Origin: an uncultured Chloroflexia bacterium
GTDB lineage: Bacteria; Chloroflexota; Anaerolineae; Anaerolineales; Anaerolineaceae
DNA length: 32,000 bases
Direction of reading: 5' to 3'
Assembly (NCBI GenBank): GCA_963704755.1
Contig: OY969938.1
Coordinates: 450,001-482,000, forward strand
Shown here: piece by piece, positions 19,409 through 27,559 of the stretch
Position numbering within the stretch: the first letter of the stretch is position 1
How the letters are laid out: each line of letters begins with the position of its first letter
Translations under genes and position numbers: made by a program
Notes under the pieces: model-generated
Told to the model about the DNA's origin: nothing
What the model saw: the letters and a program-made list of their open reading frames with translations, nothing else
The model's database searches: none

Positions 19409-19732
19409 CTAATAATTTGGGGAGAATCCTTCTTCTAATTGCCTGCGTGTGGGAACTAAATTAGTTTTATAAGCCTTTCGCAATTTTGATAAACGGTTTT
19501 CAATCGTATGTGCTTCAACCTTCTTCTTGGGGGTAGCGATGGCCTCTGCAATCTCATCATCAGACTTTCCCTCCCAAAGAAGCTTAACAATTGCACGGTC
19601 TTTCTCATTGGAAATTATGAGCCACGGTTCTGTTGCGATGTATGAATGTTCGTATCCAAAATGCTTACAAATGTCAAAAATGATCCCTCTGGTAATTCTT
19701 TTTATACGCAAAAATTCGTCATTATTGATCAC
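19409..19732 (-). CDS. LuxR/sigma70-region-4-like HTH protein
   Basis: DRAIVKLLWEGKSDDEIAEAIATPKKKVEAHTIENRLSKLRK. The listed start is GTG. The frame stays open for a further roughly 30 codons upstream with no start codon, and it abuts the stop of the 19824-20141 ORF. Confidence 0.6.
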   Translation of the reverse strand: MINNDEFLRIKRITRGIIFDICKHFGYEHSYIATEPWLIISNEKDRAIVKLLWEGKSDDEIAEAIATPKKKVEAHTIENRLSKLRKAYKTNLVPTRRQLEEGFSPNY

Positions 19733-19823
19733 GACGAGTTTGTCAACTACATCGTCATGTTTTTCGTATGAATGAATGAAATATTTAGGGAACTCATCAA
19801 CTTTTTGTAGATCGGCTATCTCT

Positions 19824-20141
19824 TTAAATTTTAAGATACATTACTCTCGCAGCATCGCCTGTATATTCTTCTTCTGGTGCTTTCACAGGGTCATGGAGAT
19901 TAATGTAAATCTGAGCATCATTTTGTTCACCCGAAAATACATTAATTAAACCTAAATCTTCGCCATTAATAACGATTTGAAAGGAAGCATATTTTGAGGG
20001 AGGTGTTACATCTGGAATTAATTTATTGAAAACGTAGAATGGAAATTCCGATAGCGTCTTGTGATCGTACTCCAAAAATAGCTCGCAAAGATATTTAACA
20101 GTTGAGTCAAAATTTACATTCGCGACTATGGTAGCCTGCAT
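19824..20141 (-). CDS. Hypothetical protein, possibly the N-terminal part of the HTH protein
   Basis: A 105-aa ORF with GGAGA before the ATG. Its stop lies in CTTAAAATTTAAAG, where the downstream frame is already open. Confidence 0.45.
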   Translation of the reverse strand: MQATIVANVNFDSTVKYLCELFLEYDHKTLSEFPFYVFNKLIPDVTPPSKYASFQIVINGEDLGLINVFSGEQNDAQIYINLHDPVKAPEEEYTGDAARVMYLKI

Positions 20142-20250
20142 AGAATCTCCTTCTCAATCTATGTTAGGAATGAAATATAGCACCATGAGGGAACCTAAGT
20201 CAATTTTAAAGCCGCAAGCTTTTGAAAAGTGCTATAATCAATCTCGATTA

Positions 20251-20269
20251 ATGATTAATAATTAATCAT
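20251..20269. promoter_or_regulatory. Palindromic operator ATGATTAAT-A-ATTAATCAT, downstream of an extended -10 element
   Basis: A perfect 9+1+9 palindrome. TGcTATAAT lies at 20230-20238. The half-site recurs at 20600-20609 and 20662-20671. Confidence 0.55.
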
Positions 20270-20283
20270 AAATAGAGGAACGT

Positions 20284-20478
20284 ATGACTGACGCTTTCGA
20301 AACGAGCATTGAATTGCCCTACCCTATCATGTCTGATGTGAAGAAACTGATTGAACTCACTGGGATGACGTCCCAAGAGGTCATCCTTCAGCTTTTGGCG
20401 ATTGCTCTTTCTCAAGAATCTCAAGAGCAATCTTTAATAGTGAAATCACTTCTTGATTTAAAGAACGCCGATGGTTAA
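20284..20478 (+). CDS. Possible ribbon-helix-helix protein
   Basis: SIELPYPIMSDVKKLIELTGMTSQEVILQLLAIAL fits a beta-alpha-alpha RHH layout, and GAGGAA precedes the ATG. It overlaps the convergent RHH gene by 98 nt, so only one of the two may be real. Confidence 0.45.
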   Translation: MTDAFETSIELPYPIMSDVKKLIELTGMTSQEVILQLLAIALSQESQEQSLIVKSLLDLKNADG

Positions 20479-20584
20479 TCGCGTTCGCTTCGATTTTCTC
20501 TTTCATTGGCAGCGGCAAGCGAAGACTAAGGGTATATGTTTCTTCGTCCGGGATCAATTTTCGACGCGGCATCTCATAATCCAT
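20381..20584 (-). CDS. Arc/CopG/MetJ-type ribbon-helix-helix DNA-binding protein
   Basis: TYTLSLRLPLPMKEKIEANAINHRRSLNQEVISLLKIALE is a classic RHH signature. Confidence 0.7.
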   Translation of the reverse strand: MDYEMPRRKLIPDEETYTLSLRLPLPMKEKIEANAINHRRSLNQEVISLLKIALEILEKEQSPKAEG

Positions 20585-20599
20585 CCATCTCGATTTTTA

Positions 20600-20618
20600 A
20601 TTAATCATTATAAATCAT
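20600..20618. promoter_or_regulatory. Operator half-sites in the divergent promoter region
   Basis: ATTAATCATT (the reverse complement of AATGATTAAT) is followed by the related ATAAATCAT. On the minus strand, TATAAT overlaps these sites. Confidence 0.45.
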
Positions 20619-20661
20619 GCTTTCCATAAAGGAAGGAAAATGCCCTTCTTCGGAGGTAATC

Positions 20662-20671
20662 AATGATTAAT
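20662..20671. promoter_or_regulatory. Operator half-site overlapping the start codon of the 127-aa ORF
   Basis: AATGATTAAT spans the ATG at 20663. GGAGG lies at 20652-20656. Confidence 0.45.
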
Positions 20672-21046
20672 GTGGAATGGGAGAAGAATAGTGACCTCCT
20701 CTGTTGGATATTCGAGTCCGTAGTAAAGAATAGAATTGGTAATGATCGGTTGATAGAAGCCCAAAGAGTGTATTACGTGTTAAAAATTATGAATTTGGTC
20801 TGGTTCGAAACAATACCAAATAACTTGACATCCAATTTTGAATTATTTCTAAATTCATCCTGGCCTGGCCGTCCTCCTCTTTGGTTTCATCACCTCGCTG
20901 GTTTGCCAGTTGAATGTCTAGAGCTCATTGCAGGTAAATTGACCAAACCTGATTGGCTTGGAAATTCCTCGATCTCAACATCTATGAAAGTCTCTGGATT
21001 TGGCTATTATCTTGGCTGGAAAAACAAAACCAAAGATTCGATTTAA
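20663..21046 (+). CDS. Hypothetical protein
   Basis: A 127-aa ORF with a good Shine-Dalgarno sequence. No motif was recognised; the sequence is Trp-rich. Confidence 0.5.
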   Translation: MINVEWEKNSDLLCWIFESVVKNRIGNDRLIEAQRVYYVLKIMNLVWFETIPNNLTSNFELFLNSSWPGRPPLWFHHLAGLPVECLELIAGKLTKPDWLGNSSISTSMKVSGFGYYLGWKNKTKDSI

Positions 21047-21059
21047 GGGGTTCCAAAAG

Positions 21060-21293
21060 ATGGATTACGCTGCTTTCATTCAGTCTATAAAAAATATCCT
21101 AAATGAGGAACATCGTGATAAAGGGGAAATCCTCGATTTAATCCTTGAACAGGCTCAGATTTTTATTACAGTGATCGAAACTCAGAAAGCAATGCTCCAA
21201 CAGTTGGAAAGACGGATAAGTTCTATTGAGAACCTGCAAAAAGGCTTGAACGAAAATATCTCTACGCTCGAGGAAAAAATCTCGCGGCTTTAA
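21060..21293 (+). CDS. Hypothetical coiled-coil protein
   Basis: The ATG at 21060 lies behind AAGGGG. Heptad-like sequence: QKAMLQQLERRISSIENLQKGLNENISTLEEKISRL. The track's start at 21000 is an upstream alternative start. Confidence 0.5.
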   Translation: MDYAAFIQSIKNILNEEHRDKGEILDLILEQAQIFITVIETQKAMLQQLERRISSIENLQKGLNENISTLEEKISRL

Positions 21294-21330
21294 AACGCAT
21301 GTGGCTTTCCTGAGATGAATCTGACTAAAT

Positions 21331-21410
21331 TATCCTAAATATCTCAGTTGTAGCGCCTCACGTCTCCATTGAAAGTATAATTAACAAACCGAATAATTAT
21401 TTAAGGATAT
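21331..21410 (+). promoter_or_regulatory. Imperfect inverted repeat bracketing a candidate BREX promoter
   Basis: TATCCTAAAT (21331-21340) faces TATTTAAGGATAT (21398-21410). Between them lie TTGAAA (21369-21374), a 17-nt spacer and AATAAT (21392-21397). TATCCTAAAT also occurs at 21095-21104. Confidence 0.3.
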
Positions 21411-21416
21411 TGCGCT

Positions 21417-22178
21417 TTGATCATTCCTGAATCAAGTGTTCATTTTGGTTTTGTTATTAAAGGCATGGGGGCGCATACAGGGCGAACCATCATGTTTCGT
21501 GAAATCGCAGCTTTGTTCGCTGCCTGCCCAGGCGAAATGTCGATTGATGAATACCGTAACGCCATTATTGAAGAGAATGCGCTGCTAAAACCTACTGCAT
21601 CAGCTCGTGAAGAGAGCTTCCGGCGGCTGAAGCAGCTATACACTTTGGACGCACAGATCGTGGTGTTCCGCTCCCTGCGGATGTTGTGGGAACAAGACCC
21701 TGATCGGCAGCCTCTATTAGCACTGCTGGCAGCCACTGCCCGTGATCCCCTTCTTCGCGCCACAGTTCAAACCGTCATTGATTTACCTGAGAATGAGACG
21801 ATTACTGCCCTGGATTTTGCCCAGGTGATCAATGCGGCCTTCCCTGACCAGCTAACGAAAAACACCCTGGCCAGTGTGGGCCGCAACCTGGCGTCATCCT
21901 GGACTCAATCTGGGCACTTCAGCGGTGAGACGCAGAAGATGCGTAAGCCGGTGCAAGCCAGTCCAGTTGTGACAGCCTTTGCTCTGTTCCTGGCATATCT
22001 TTGCGATTTCCGTGGTGACGCGCTGTTTGATTCTCCCTGGGCACGGCTTTTGGACACCCCGAAACACATTCTGTCCGACCAGGCACAGCAAGCTTCTCAA
22101 CTCGGTTGGCTCGAATTTCGCCGCTCCGGCGCGATTACCGAAATTACTTTCCGTCATTTCTTGAAAGATCAATCATGA
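21417..22178 (+). CDS. brxA: BrxA (DUF1819-like)
   Basis: MFREIAALF...IDEYRNAIIEENALLKPTASAREESFRRLKQLYTL matches my memory of the BrxA family pattern. It is first in the A-B-C-X order. The start is TTG, and its stop overlaps the brxB start as ATGA. Confidence 0.75.
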   Translation: MIIPESSVHFGFVIKGMGAHTGRTIMFREIAALFAACPGEMSIDEYRNAIIEENALLKPTASAREESFRRLKQLYTLDAQIVVFRSLRMLWEQDPDRQPLLALLAATARDPLLRATVQTVIDLPENETITALDFAQVINAAFPDQLTKNTLASVGRNLASSWTQSGHFSGETQKMRKPVQASPVVTAFALFLAYLCDFRGDALFDSPWARLLDTPKHILSDQAQQASQLGWLEFRRSGAITEITFRHFLKDQS

Positions 22179-22732
22179 GCGAAGTCGAAGATTTACTCAA
22201 AGCATACGAAAGCATCGTCCGCTTACCCTGGAGTTCTTCTCTTTCTGGTCAGGAGCGAGTGTGGTTTGTTGTTTACGATCCTGCCCAGGAACGCCGTATC
22301 CGCCTGCGCTTGGGCGAATTTGAGAACATCACCAAAAAGGCCGGACACACCTGGAAAAGCCTGGATCTGACCGATTCGTTTGCGCAATGGATGAGCCAGC
22401 ACAAGTATCGGGATGCTTATTTTGAGGAACCGGAGGCTCTTGCCCCAGCTCTTAATAATTTCACCACCTCGGTTGCGGCCCAAATCAAATCGACCTTGAC
22501 TGCTTCCGATGTGGACAACAATACCGTCGTAGCACTTTCAGGTCTGGCATCGCTGTTTGGATTGACCCGCGTCTCCGTCACACTCGAGAAAGTGATTCCC
22601 GACTTGCGCGGTCGACTCTTAGTGTTCTTTCCCGGACAACACGACGGTTCAAATTACCGATTATTAGATGCACGAGATGGTTGGAATTACCTGGCTGTCC
22701 CGATTACTGCTAAAAAATGGGGAGTTGACTGA
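22175..22732 (+). CDS. brxB: BrxB (DUF1788-like)
   Basis: LLKAYESIVRLPWSSSLSGQERVWFVVYDPAQERRIRLRLGEFE. The real start is taken as the ATG at 22175 (ATGA overlap) rather than the track's start at 22106. Confidence 0.8.
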   Translation: MSEVEDLLKAYESIVRLPWSSSLSGQERVWFVVYDPAQERRIRLRLGEFENITKKAGHTWKSLDLTDSFAQWMSQHKYRDAYFEEPEALAPALNNFTTSVAAQIKSTLTASDVDNNTVVALSGLASLFGLTRVSVTLEKVIPDLRGRLLVFFPGQHDGSNYRLLDARDGWNYLAVPITAKKWGVD

Positions 22733-22734
22733 CT

Positions 22735-25700
22735 ATGAAAAATCGCGAATTATTCCTTGTTGACCCTCTTTCCTTCACCATCCCAAATGATGGGGTTACC
22801 TCGATCTACAATCCCCAAACAGAAAAAGAATGGGAAGTAATCCAGTATGAGCTCAAATCGTTTGTCTGCGAAGGTGAATATCATCGCGGCCTGGAACGCA
22901 TTCTCTCGTCATTTTTAGGAAATCTGGGAAATCCCAAACAACCTGCGGTCTGGGTCAGCGGTTTTTATGGGTCCGGTAAATCGCATCTGGTCAGGGTATT
23001 ACAGTATCTTTGGAATGACGTGGAGCTGCCCAATAAGGCCAGGGCGCGCAGCCTGGTCAATTTGCCTCCAGCCATTAAAGATCTGCTCAAGGAGCTTTCG
23101 ACGCGCGGCACCCAGGCAGGCGGGTTGTGGTCTGCGGCTGGAAAGCTAACCTCTGCATCCAACCAAAGCCTGCGGATCGGCTTGCTTGGGATCCTCTTCC
23201 AATGCGCTGGATTACCCGAACAGTATCATTTAGCCCGTTTCGTGATTTGGATGAAGCGAAATGGCTATTACAACGCTGTTCGAGAATGGATCGAAAAGTC
23301 GGGGGCCTCCTTCGAAGAGGAGTTGGAAAACCTGTATGTTTCCAAGATCGCGACAGGTCTACTGAATGTTTACCCTGGTTTCGCGGCAACTCCCGGGGAA
23401 GCGCGTAAATTGTTGGCGGCAAATTTCCCCCAGAAAGTGGATATCTCGGATGGCGAGTTTCTGGACACGCTCGAGGATGTCTTGGAGCTTCAACAGCAAA
23501 CGCCTGGGAAATTGCCGCTGACTCTGATCATTTTCGACGAGCTGCAACAATTCTTGGGTGAAGATCCGGAACGCACGCTCCAACTGCAAAATGTGGTTGA
23601 AGCCTGTTCTGCCCGCCTCGGGAGCAAGCTGCTTTTTATCGGCACCGGCCAGGCAGCACTGCAAAAAAACACGCAGCTCTCTAAATTAGTCGCACGTTTT
23701 ACCGTCAAGGTTATGCTGGAAGACACGGATGTGGAAACCGTCGTCCGCCAGGTTGTATTGCGGAAAGCAGCCGATAAGGTATCGAATCTCGAGAACGTTT
23801 TGGACTCAAACCAGGCTGAAATCGACCGTCACCTGGTAGGGACGCAAATCGCGCCAGTCGCCCAAGACAATGAAATTATGATCGCCGATTATCCCCTGCT
23901 GCCCACGCGGCGCAGGTTCTGGGAACGCGTCTTGCGCGCGATCGATACGGCTGGCACCGCGGCCCAATTGCGCACCCAGCTCCGGGTGATTCACGAATCC
24001 AACCGGTTGGTAGCCGACCGCCCCTTGGGAACAGTCGTCCCCGCCGATATGATCTATGAGCAGCAGGAATCGAGTATGCTGCAAAACGGCGTTCTTCTCA
24101 AGGAAATCGCGACCATCATCCACTCGCAGGAGAATGGCACGGAAGAAGGGCTACTCAAGAAACGCCTGTGTTCCCTGATTTTCTTGATCGGCAAGCTTCC
24201 CACGGAAGGAGCTGCGATTTCAGGAATTAAATCCAACCCGGATATGTTGGCAGACCTTCTGGTTGAAGATCTATCTAAGGGGAGCACTGCATTACGCCAC
24301 TCGATCCCTGGTTTGTTGGAAGAAATGACTCAACAGGGCATTTTGATGAAGGTGGATGATGAATACCGGCTTCAGACCGCCGAAGGGTCAAAATGGGAAG
24401 AGGATTTCCGCAAACGCTTCATGTCTCTACGCGCCAATGACACCCGGATTGCCAGCGAGCGCGACACAACCCTTCATCAGGCTATCGCCAAACCGCTAAA
24501 GACCATTACGCTAGTCCAAGGGGCCTCAAAAACAGCGCGAAAATCTGATCCTTATTACGGTTCAGACGTGCCGAAGGTTGACGGCAGTACAGTGCCCATA
24601 TGGATCCAGGACGAATGGTCGGTGACTGAAAAATCGGTGCGCGATGCCGCCCAATCGGCCGGAACGGAGAACCCGGTTGTGTTCGTTTTCTTCTCAAAAC
24701 GCGACACGGATGCTCTGCGGGATGGCCTGGCCGCCTCCAATGCCGCCAAAGAGGTACTGGAAACGCGTCCCAACCCAACCACCCCGGAAGGCTTTGAGGC
24801 GCGGCGGGCGATGGAATCGCGGAAAGTCATTGAAGAAAGGAAATTGTCCTCCATCATCGGAGGAATTGTTGAACGAGGCCGCATTTTCCAGGGCGGTGGG
24901 TATGAAATCGTTGATACCTCCTTTACCGACGCGATGAAAACGGCCCTCGAAGCATCTTTGGTGCGGTTATTCCCTAAATTTAACATCGGGGACCACAAAG
25001 ACTGGAAAAAGGTCGTTGATAAAGTGCAGGAAGGTGCCACGGACGCCTTGAAGTTTGTGGGCTATAACGGGAATGCCGATCAACATCCGGTTTGCCAGGA
25101 GATTCGCACCTTCATCGGCGGAGCAGGTAAAAAGGGCAGCGAGATCCGCAAGAAATTCACCGGTGCCGGTTATGGTTGGCCGCAAGACGCGGTTGACAGT
25201 GCCTTGTTGGTGCTGCTAGCAGGCGATTTTCTAAACGCCACTCAGAGCGGGCAACCAAAAGCTTTCAAAACGGTCAACCAAAGCAACATTGGCATCACCG
25301 ATTTCCGGCTACAAGGAATAACGATCACCATCACACAGCGGATTACCCTGCGTGGCTTGCTCAATGATCTCAAAATCCCTTATAAGCCCAACGAAGAAGG
25401 CGAGGCAATTCCGGCTGCCCTTCAGCTTCTCCTGGACCTGGCAAACGAGGCCGGTGGGTTGCCGCCGCTGCCCGAAAAGCCATCCACAATTAAAATCGAT
25501 GATCTGCGCGCCTTGAGCGGAAATGAGCAGTTCGCCGCGGTGGTAGAGGCAAAAGCGGAATTGCTCGGCAATTACAATGCCTGGACCGCGTTGAAAGACA
25601 AGAAATCGTTGCGAGTTCAGCGCTGGAATACCTTCCAACGGCTTAAGCATCACGCTTCCAACCTGGCGCTGGCAGCCGAGCTCAACCTCCAGATAGCCGC

Positions 25701-26187
25701 AATTCAAACCAACCGCAGCCTGTTGGAAGATCCTGACCCGGCGATTCCGCTTTTCAGCCAGCTGGTCGATGTGTTACGCCAGGCATTGCTTGGCGTTAGC
25801 CAGCGTTTCCAGGAAAGCTACACCACTCAGATTGAAAAGCTCAAGCAGAATGATGCTTGGCAGAAGATCAGCGAAGGCCAACGCCAAACCATCTTGATCC
25901 AAACCGACCTGGTAGCTGTCGCCGAGCCCAAAATGGGAACCGATGACGAATTACTGGCTTCATTCGATCGGCAGTCCTTATCCGCCTGGGAAAACAAGAT
26001 CGCAGCCCTCCCTGCGCGCGGCAGCCAGGCTATCCTCCTGGCGATTCAATTGATCACCCCCCAAGCGATCAAGGTAACGCCGAAAACAGCTACCATAACC
26101 TCGATCGAAGATGCAGACGCTTATTGGAAAGAACTGCGTTCAGAGATTAAAAAGCACCTCGATAACGGGAATCCAGTGGTTATTTAG
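22735..26187 (+). CDS. brxC: BrxC/PglY-type P-loop ATPase
   Basis: Walker A is VSGFYGSGKSHLVRVL and Walker B is LTLIIFDELQQF. It is 1150 aa long and lies after brxB. Confidence 0.9.
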   Translation: MKNRELFLVDPLSFTIPNDGVTSIYNPQTEKEWEVIQYELKSFVCEGEYHRGLERILSSFLGNLGNPKQPAVWVSGFYGSGKSHLVRVLQYLWNDVELPNKARARSLVNLPPAIKDLLKELSTRGTQAGGLWSAAGKLTSASNQSLRIGLLGILFQCAGLPEQYHLARFVIWMKRNGYYNAVREWIEKSGASFEEELENLYVSKIATGLLNVYPGFAATPGEARKLLAANFPQKVDISDGEFLDTLEDVLELQQQTPGKLPLTLIIFDELQQFLGEDPERTLQLQNVVEACSARLGSKLLFIGTGQAALQKNTQLSKLVARFTVKVMLEDTDVETVVRQVVLRKAADKVSNLENVLDSNQAEIDRHLVGTQIAPVAQDNEIMIADYPLLPTRRRFWERVLRAIDTAGTAAQLRTQLRVIHESNRLVADRPLGTVVPADMIYEQQESSMLQNGVLLKEIATIIHSQENGTEEGLLKKRLCSLIFLIGKLPTEGAAISGIKSNPDMLADLLVEDLSKGSTALRHSIPGLLEEMTQQGILMKVDDEYRLQTAEGSKWEEDFRKRFMSLRANDTRIASERDTTLHQAIAKPLKTITLVQGASKTARKSDPYYGSDVPKVDGSTVPIWIQDEWSVTEKSVRDAAQSAGTENPVVFVFFSKRDTDALRDGLAASNAAKEVLETRPNPTTPEGFEARRAMESRKVIEERKLSSIIGGIVERGRIFQGGGYEIVDTSFTDAMKTALEASLVRLFPKFNIGDHKDWKKVVDKVQEGATDALKFVGYNGNADQHPVCQEIRTFIGGAGKKGSEIRKKFTGAGYGWPQDAVDSALLVLLAGDFLNATQSGQPKAFKTVNQSNIGITDFRLQGITITITQRITLRGLLNDLKIPYKPNEEGEAIPAALQLLLDLANEAGGLPPLPEKPSTIKIDDLRALSGNEQFAAVVEAKAELLGNYNAWTALKDKKSLRVQRWNTFQRLKHHASNLALAAELNLQIAAIQTNRSLLEDPDPAIPLFSQLVDVLRQALLGVSQRFQESYTTQIEKLKQNDAWQKISEGQRQTILIQTDLVAVAEPKMGTDDELLASFDRQSLSAWENKIAALPARGSQAILLAIQLITPQAIKVTPKTATITSIEDADAYWKELRSEIKKHLDNGNPVVI

Positions 26188-26195
26188 GGGGAGAT

Positions 26196-27542
26196 ATGTC
26201 CGACCTCACTGAACATGATTGGTCTATTCATCAACATGATCATTTGCCCGTGAGATATTCACGACATGAATCCCGATCTTATCTGATCAATCATTTAAGT
26301 TGTCGAAAACTTACAACCCTCACAAATAGACCAAGAAAACCGATGGCAACGGATAAAACATTCCACACAAACGAGGATTTTTGGGGAAGGTTTTTACGAT
26401 CTACCAGGTATTATGGGTTTCAAAATGTCATCTTAAGTGGTTTTCGGATATTTGATTGGTTCCCAAGATCTCCGGGACTATCGTACACACTTGGAGCTGA
26501 CGAGGCATGGGAAAACGCTAGAAATCATTTAGAAGCTGGCTCATCATTTGTTTACACACCAGAAGGGAAAGAGTGGGCGCTCAAAGGCGGCATTGGTAGC
26601 TATCGTTTCAACCCATTCAGTTATCAGGGAACTACTTATTGCCTAGGCACGGCTTCTTCTTCGGAATTTTGCCATTCCGGTATCCCATTGGCCATCCCAA
26701 TGGAATTCATGGAAAACCTGGAATTCCGAGTATCGCACAAAATTGTAGGACACTATCAACCAATTGCTGAACCCATAGCAATATTATTGCCACACAATAG
26801 AGGTATTCCGAAGTTTTATTTTCTTGTTGAGGAAATCGAACGAATCAATCCTTTGGGGTCACCTTCACTTATCACTCCAGTTGTATTGATGCGTAGAGAT
26901 AATGGAGAGGAGCTGGTTTCATATTGTTCTTGTAATCCTGATGATCCCGATGACCTAAATTCGACTAGCGATTGGTTACAGGAATATGCCCACCGTTATG
27001 ATGCTTCGATCATAACTGATTATGATCAGCAAAATCCGGCATTTATCGACTTGCCCTTTAGTCTGCAAAATGTGATGGGCAATAAAATTAGTTATGCATC
27101 GCTCATTGATAATGGATTTTCCCCGAGAGAAGCGATGATTTTGAATGGCATGAGGAGGCCGATTGTGAATAACAAATATGAAGGAAACATCAATTTCGTA
27201 CAAGGAAATAATTCGGGTAACTTAACTGCTGCCACAAATATTTCTAACAGTTTTAATCCCACAACTAACTCTATTCCAGACGAAGCAATGTTGCTGTTTG
27301 AACAGTTAGGAAGTCAAATCGATGCTTTATGCAAGCAACTTTCTACCGATGAAGCGGCTATTGTCAAACAGGATCTTGATGTCGTAGCCAAGGAAGCTGC
27401 CAAAGAGAAACCAAGCAAAAAGATCTTCGAGATAAAGTTTGAATCGCTCAAGAAAGCTGCTGAGAATGTAGCAGAACTGGCAGGACCGATTGCTTTGACC
27501 GCCGGTAAACTCCTCTCCATCCTTCTAACATTAGCAAAATAA
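26196..27542 (+). CDS. Uncharacterised 448-aa protein embedded in the BREX operon
   Basis: The ATG lies behind GGGGGAG. There are 8-nt and 17-nt gaps to brxC and pglX. It is AT-rich relative to both neighbours. No catalytic motif was recognised. It has an Asn-rich linker and a hydrophobic C-terminal tail. Confidence 0.7.
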   Translation: MSDLTEHDWSIHQHDHLPVRYSRHESRSYLINHLSCRKLTTLTNRPRKPMATDKTFHTNEDFWGRFLRSTRYYGFQNVILSGFRIFDWFPRSPGLSYTLGADEAWENARNHLEAGSSFVYTPEGKEWALKGGIGSYRFNPFSYQGTTYCLGTASSSEFCHSGIPLAIPMEFMENLEFRVSHKIVGHYQPIAEPIAILLPHNRGIPKFYFLVEEIERINPLGSPSLITPVVLMRRDNGEELVSYCSCNPDDPDDLNSTSDWLQEYAHRYDASIITDYDQQNPAFIDLPFSLQNVMGNKISYASLIDNGFSPREAMILNGMRRPIVNNKYEGNINFVQGNNSGNLTAATNISNSFNPTTNSIPDEAMLLFEQLGSQIDALCKQLSTDEAAIVKQDLDVVAKEAAKEKPSKKIFEIKFESLKKAAENVAELAGPIALTAGKLLSILLTLAK

Positions 27543-27559
27543 ACTTCCTAGGATATTCC

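Noticed and set aside
20400-20432. A 10-bp-stem hairpin in the overlap of the two RHH ORFs, considered as a bidirectional terminator.
   Set aside because: It lies inside both reading frames and lacks flanking U-tracts, so it cannot be called a terminator from sequence alone.
21095-21410. TATCCTAAAT-type repeats considered as TnsB binding sites marking the right end at the AT/GC junction.
   Set aside because: The copies are in mixed orientation and widely spaced, unlike the uniformly oriented arrays of Tn7 ends. An operator interpretation fits better.
22965-25707. Many ORFs of 60-160 aa on both strands inside brxC, for example 24555..25040 (-) and 25309..25707 (-). Similar ORFs occur inside brxA, brxB and pglX.
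   Set aside because: They lie within GC-rich coding sequence, where off-frame ORFs are expected. Their translations are Arg/Pro/Ser-rich and low in complexity, with no start context. The brx and pgl frames carry clear family motifs.
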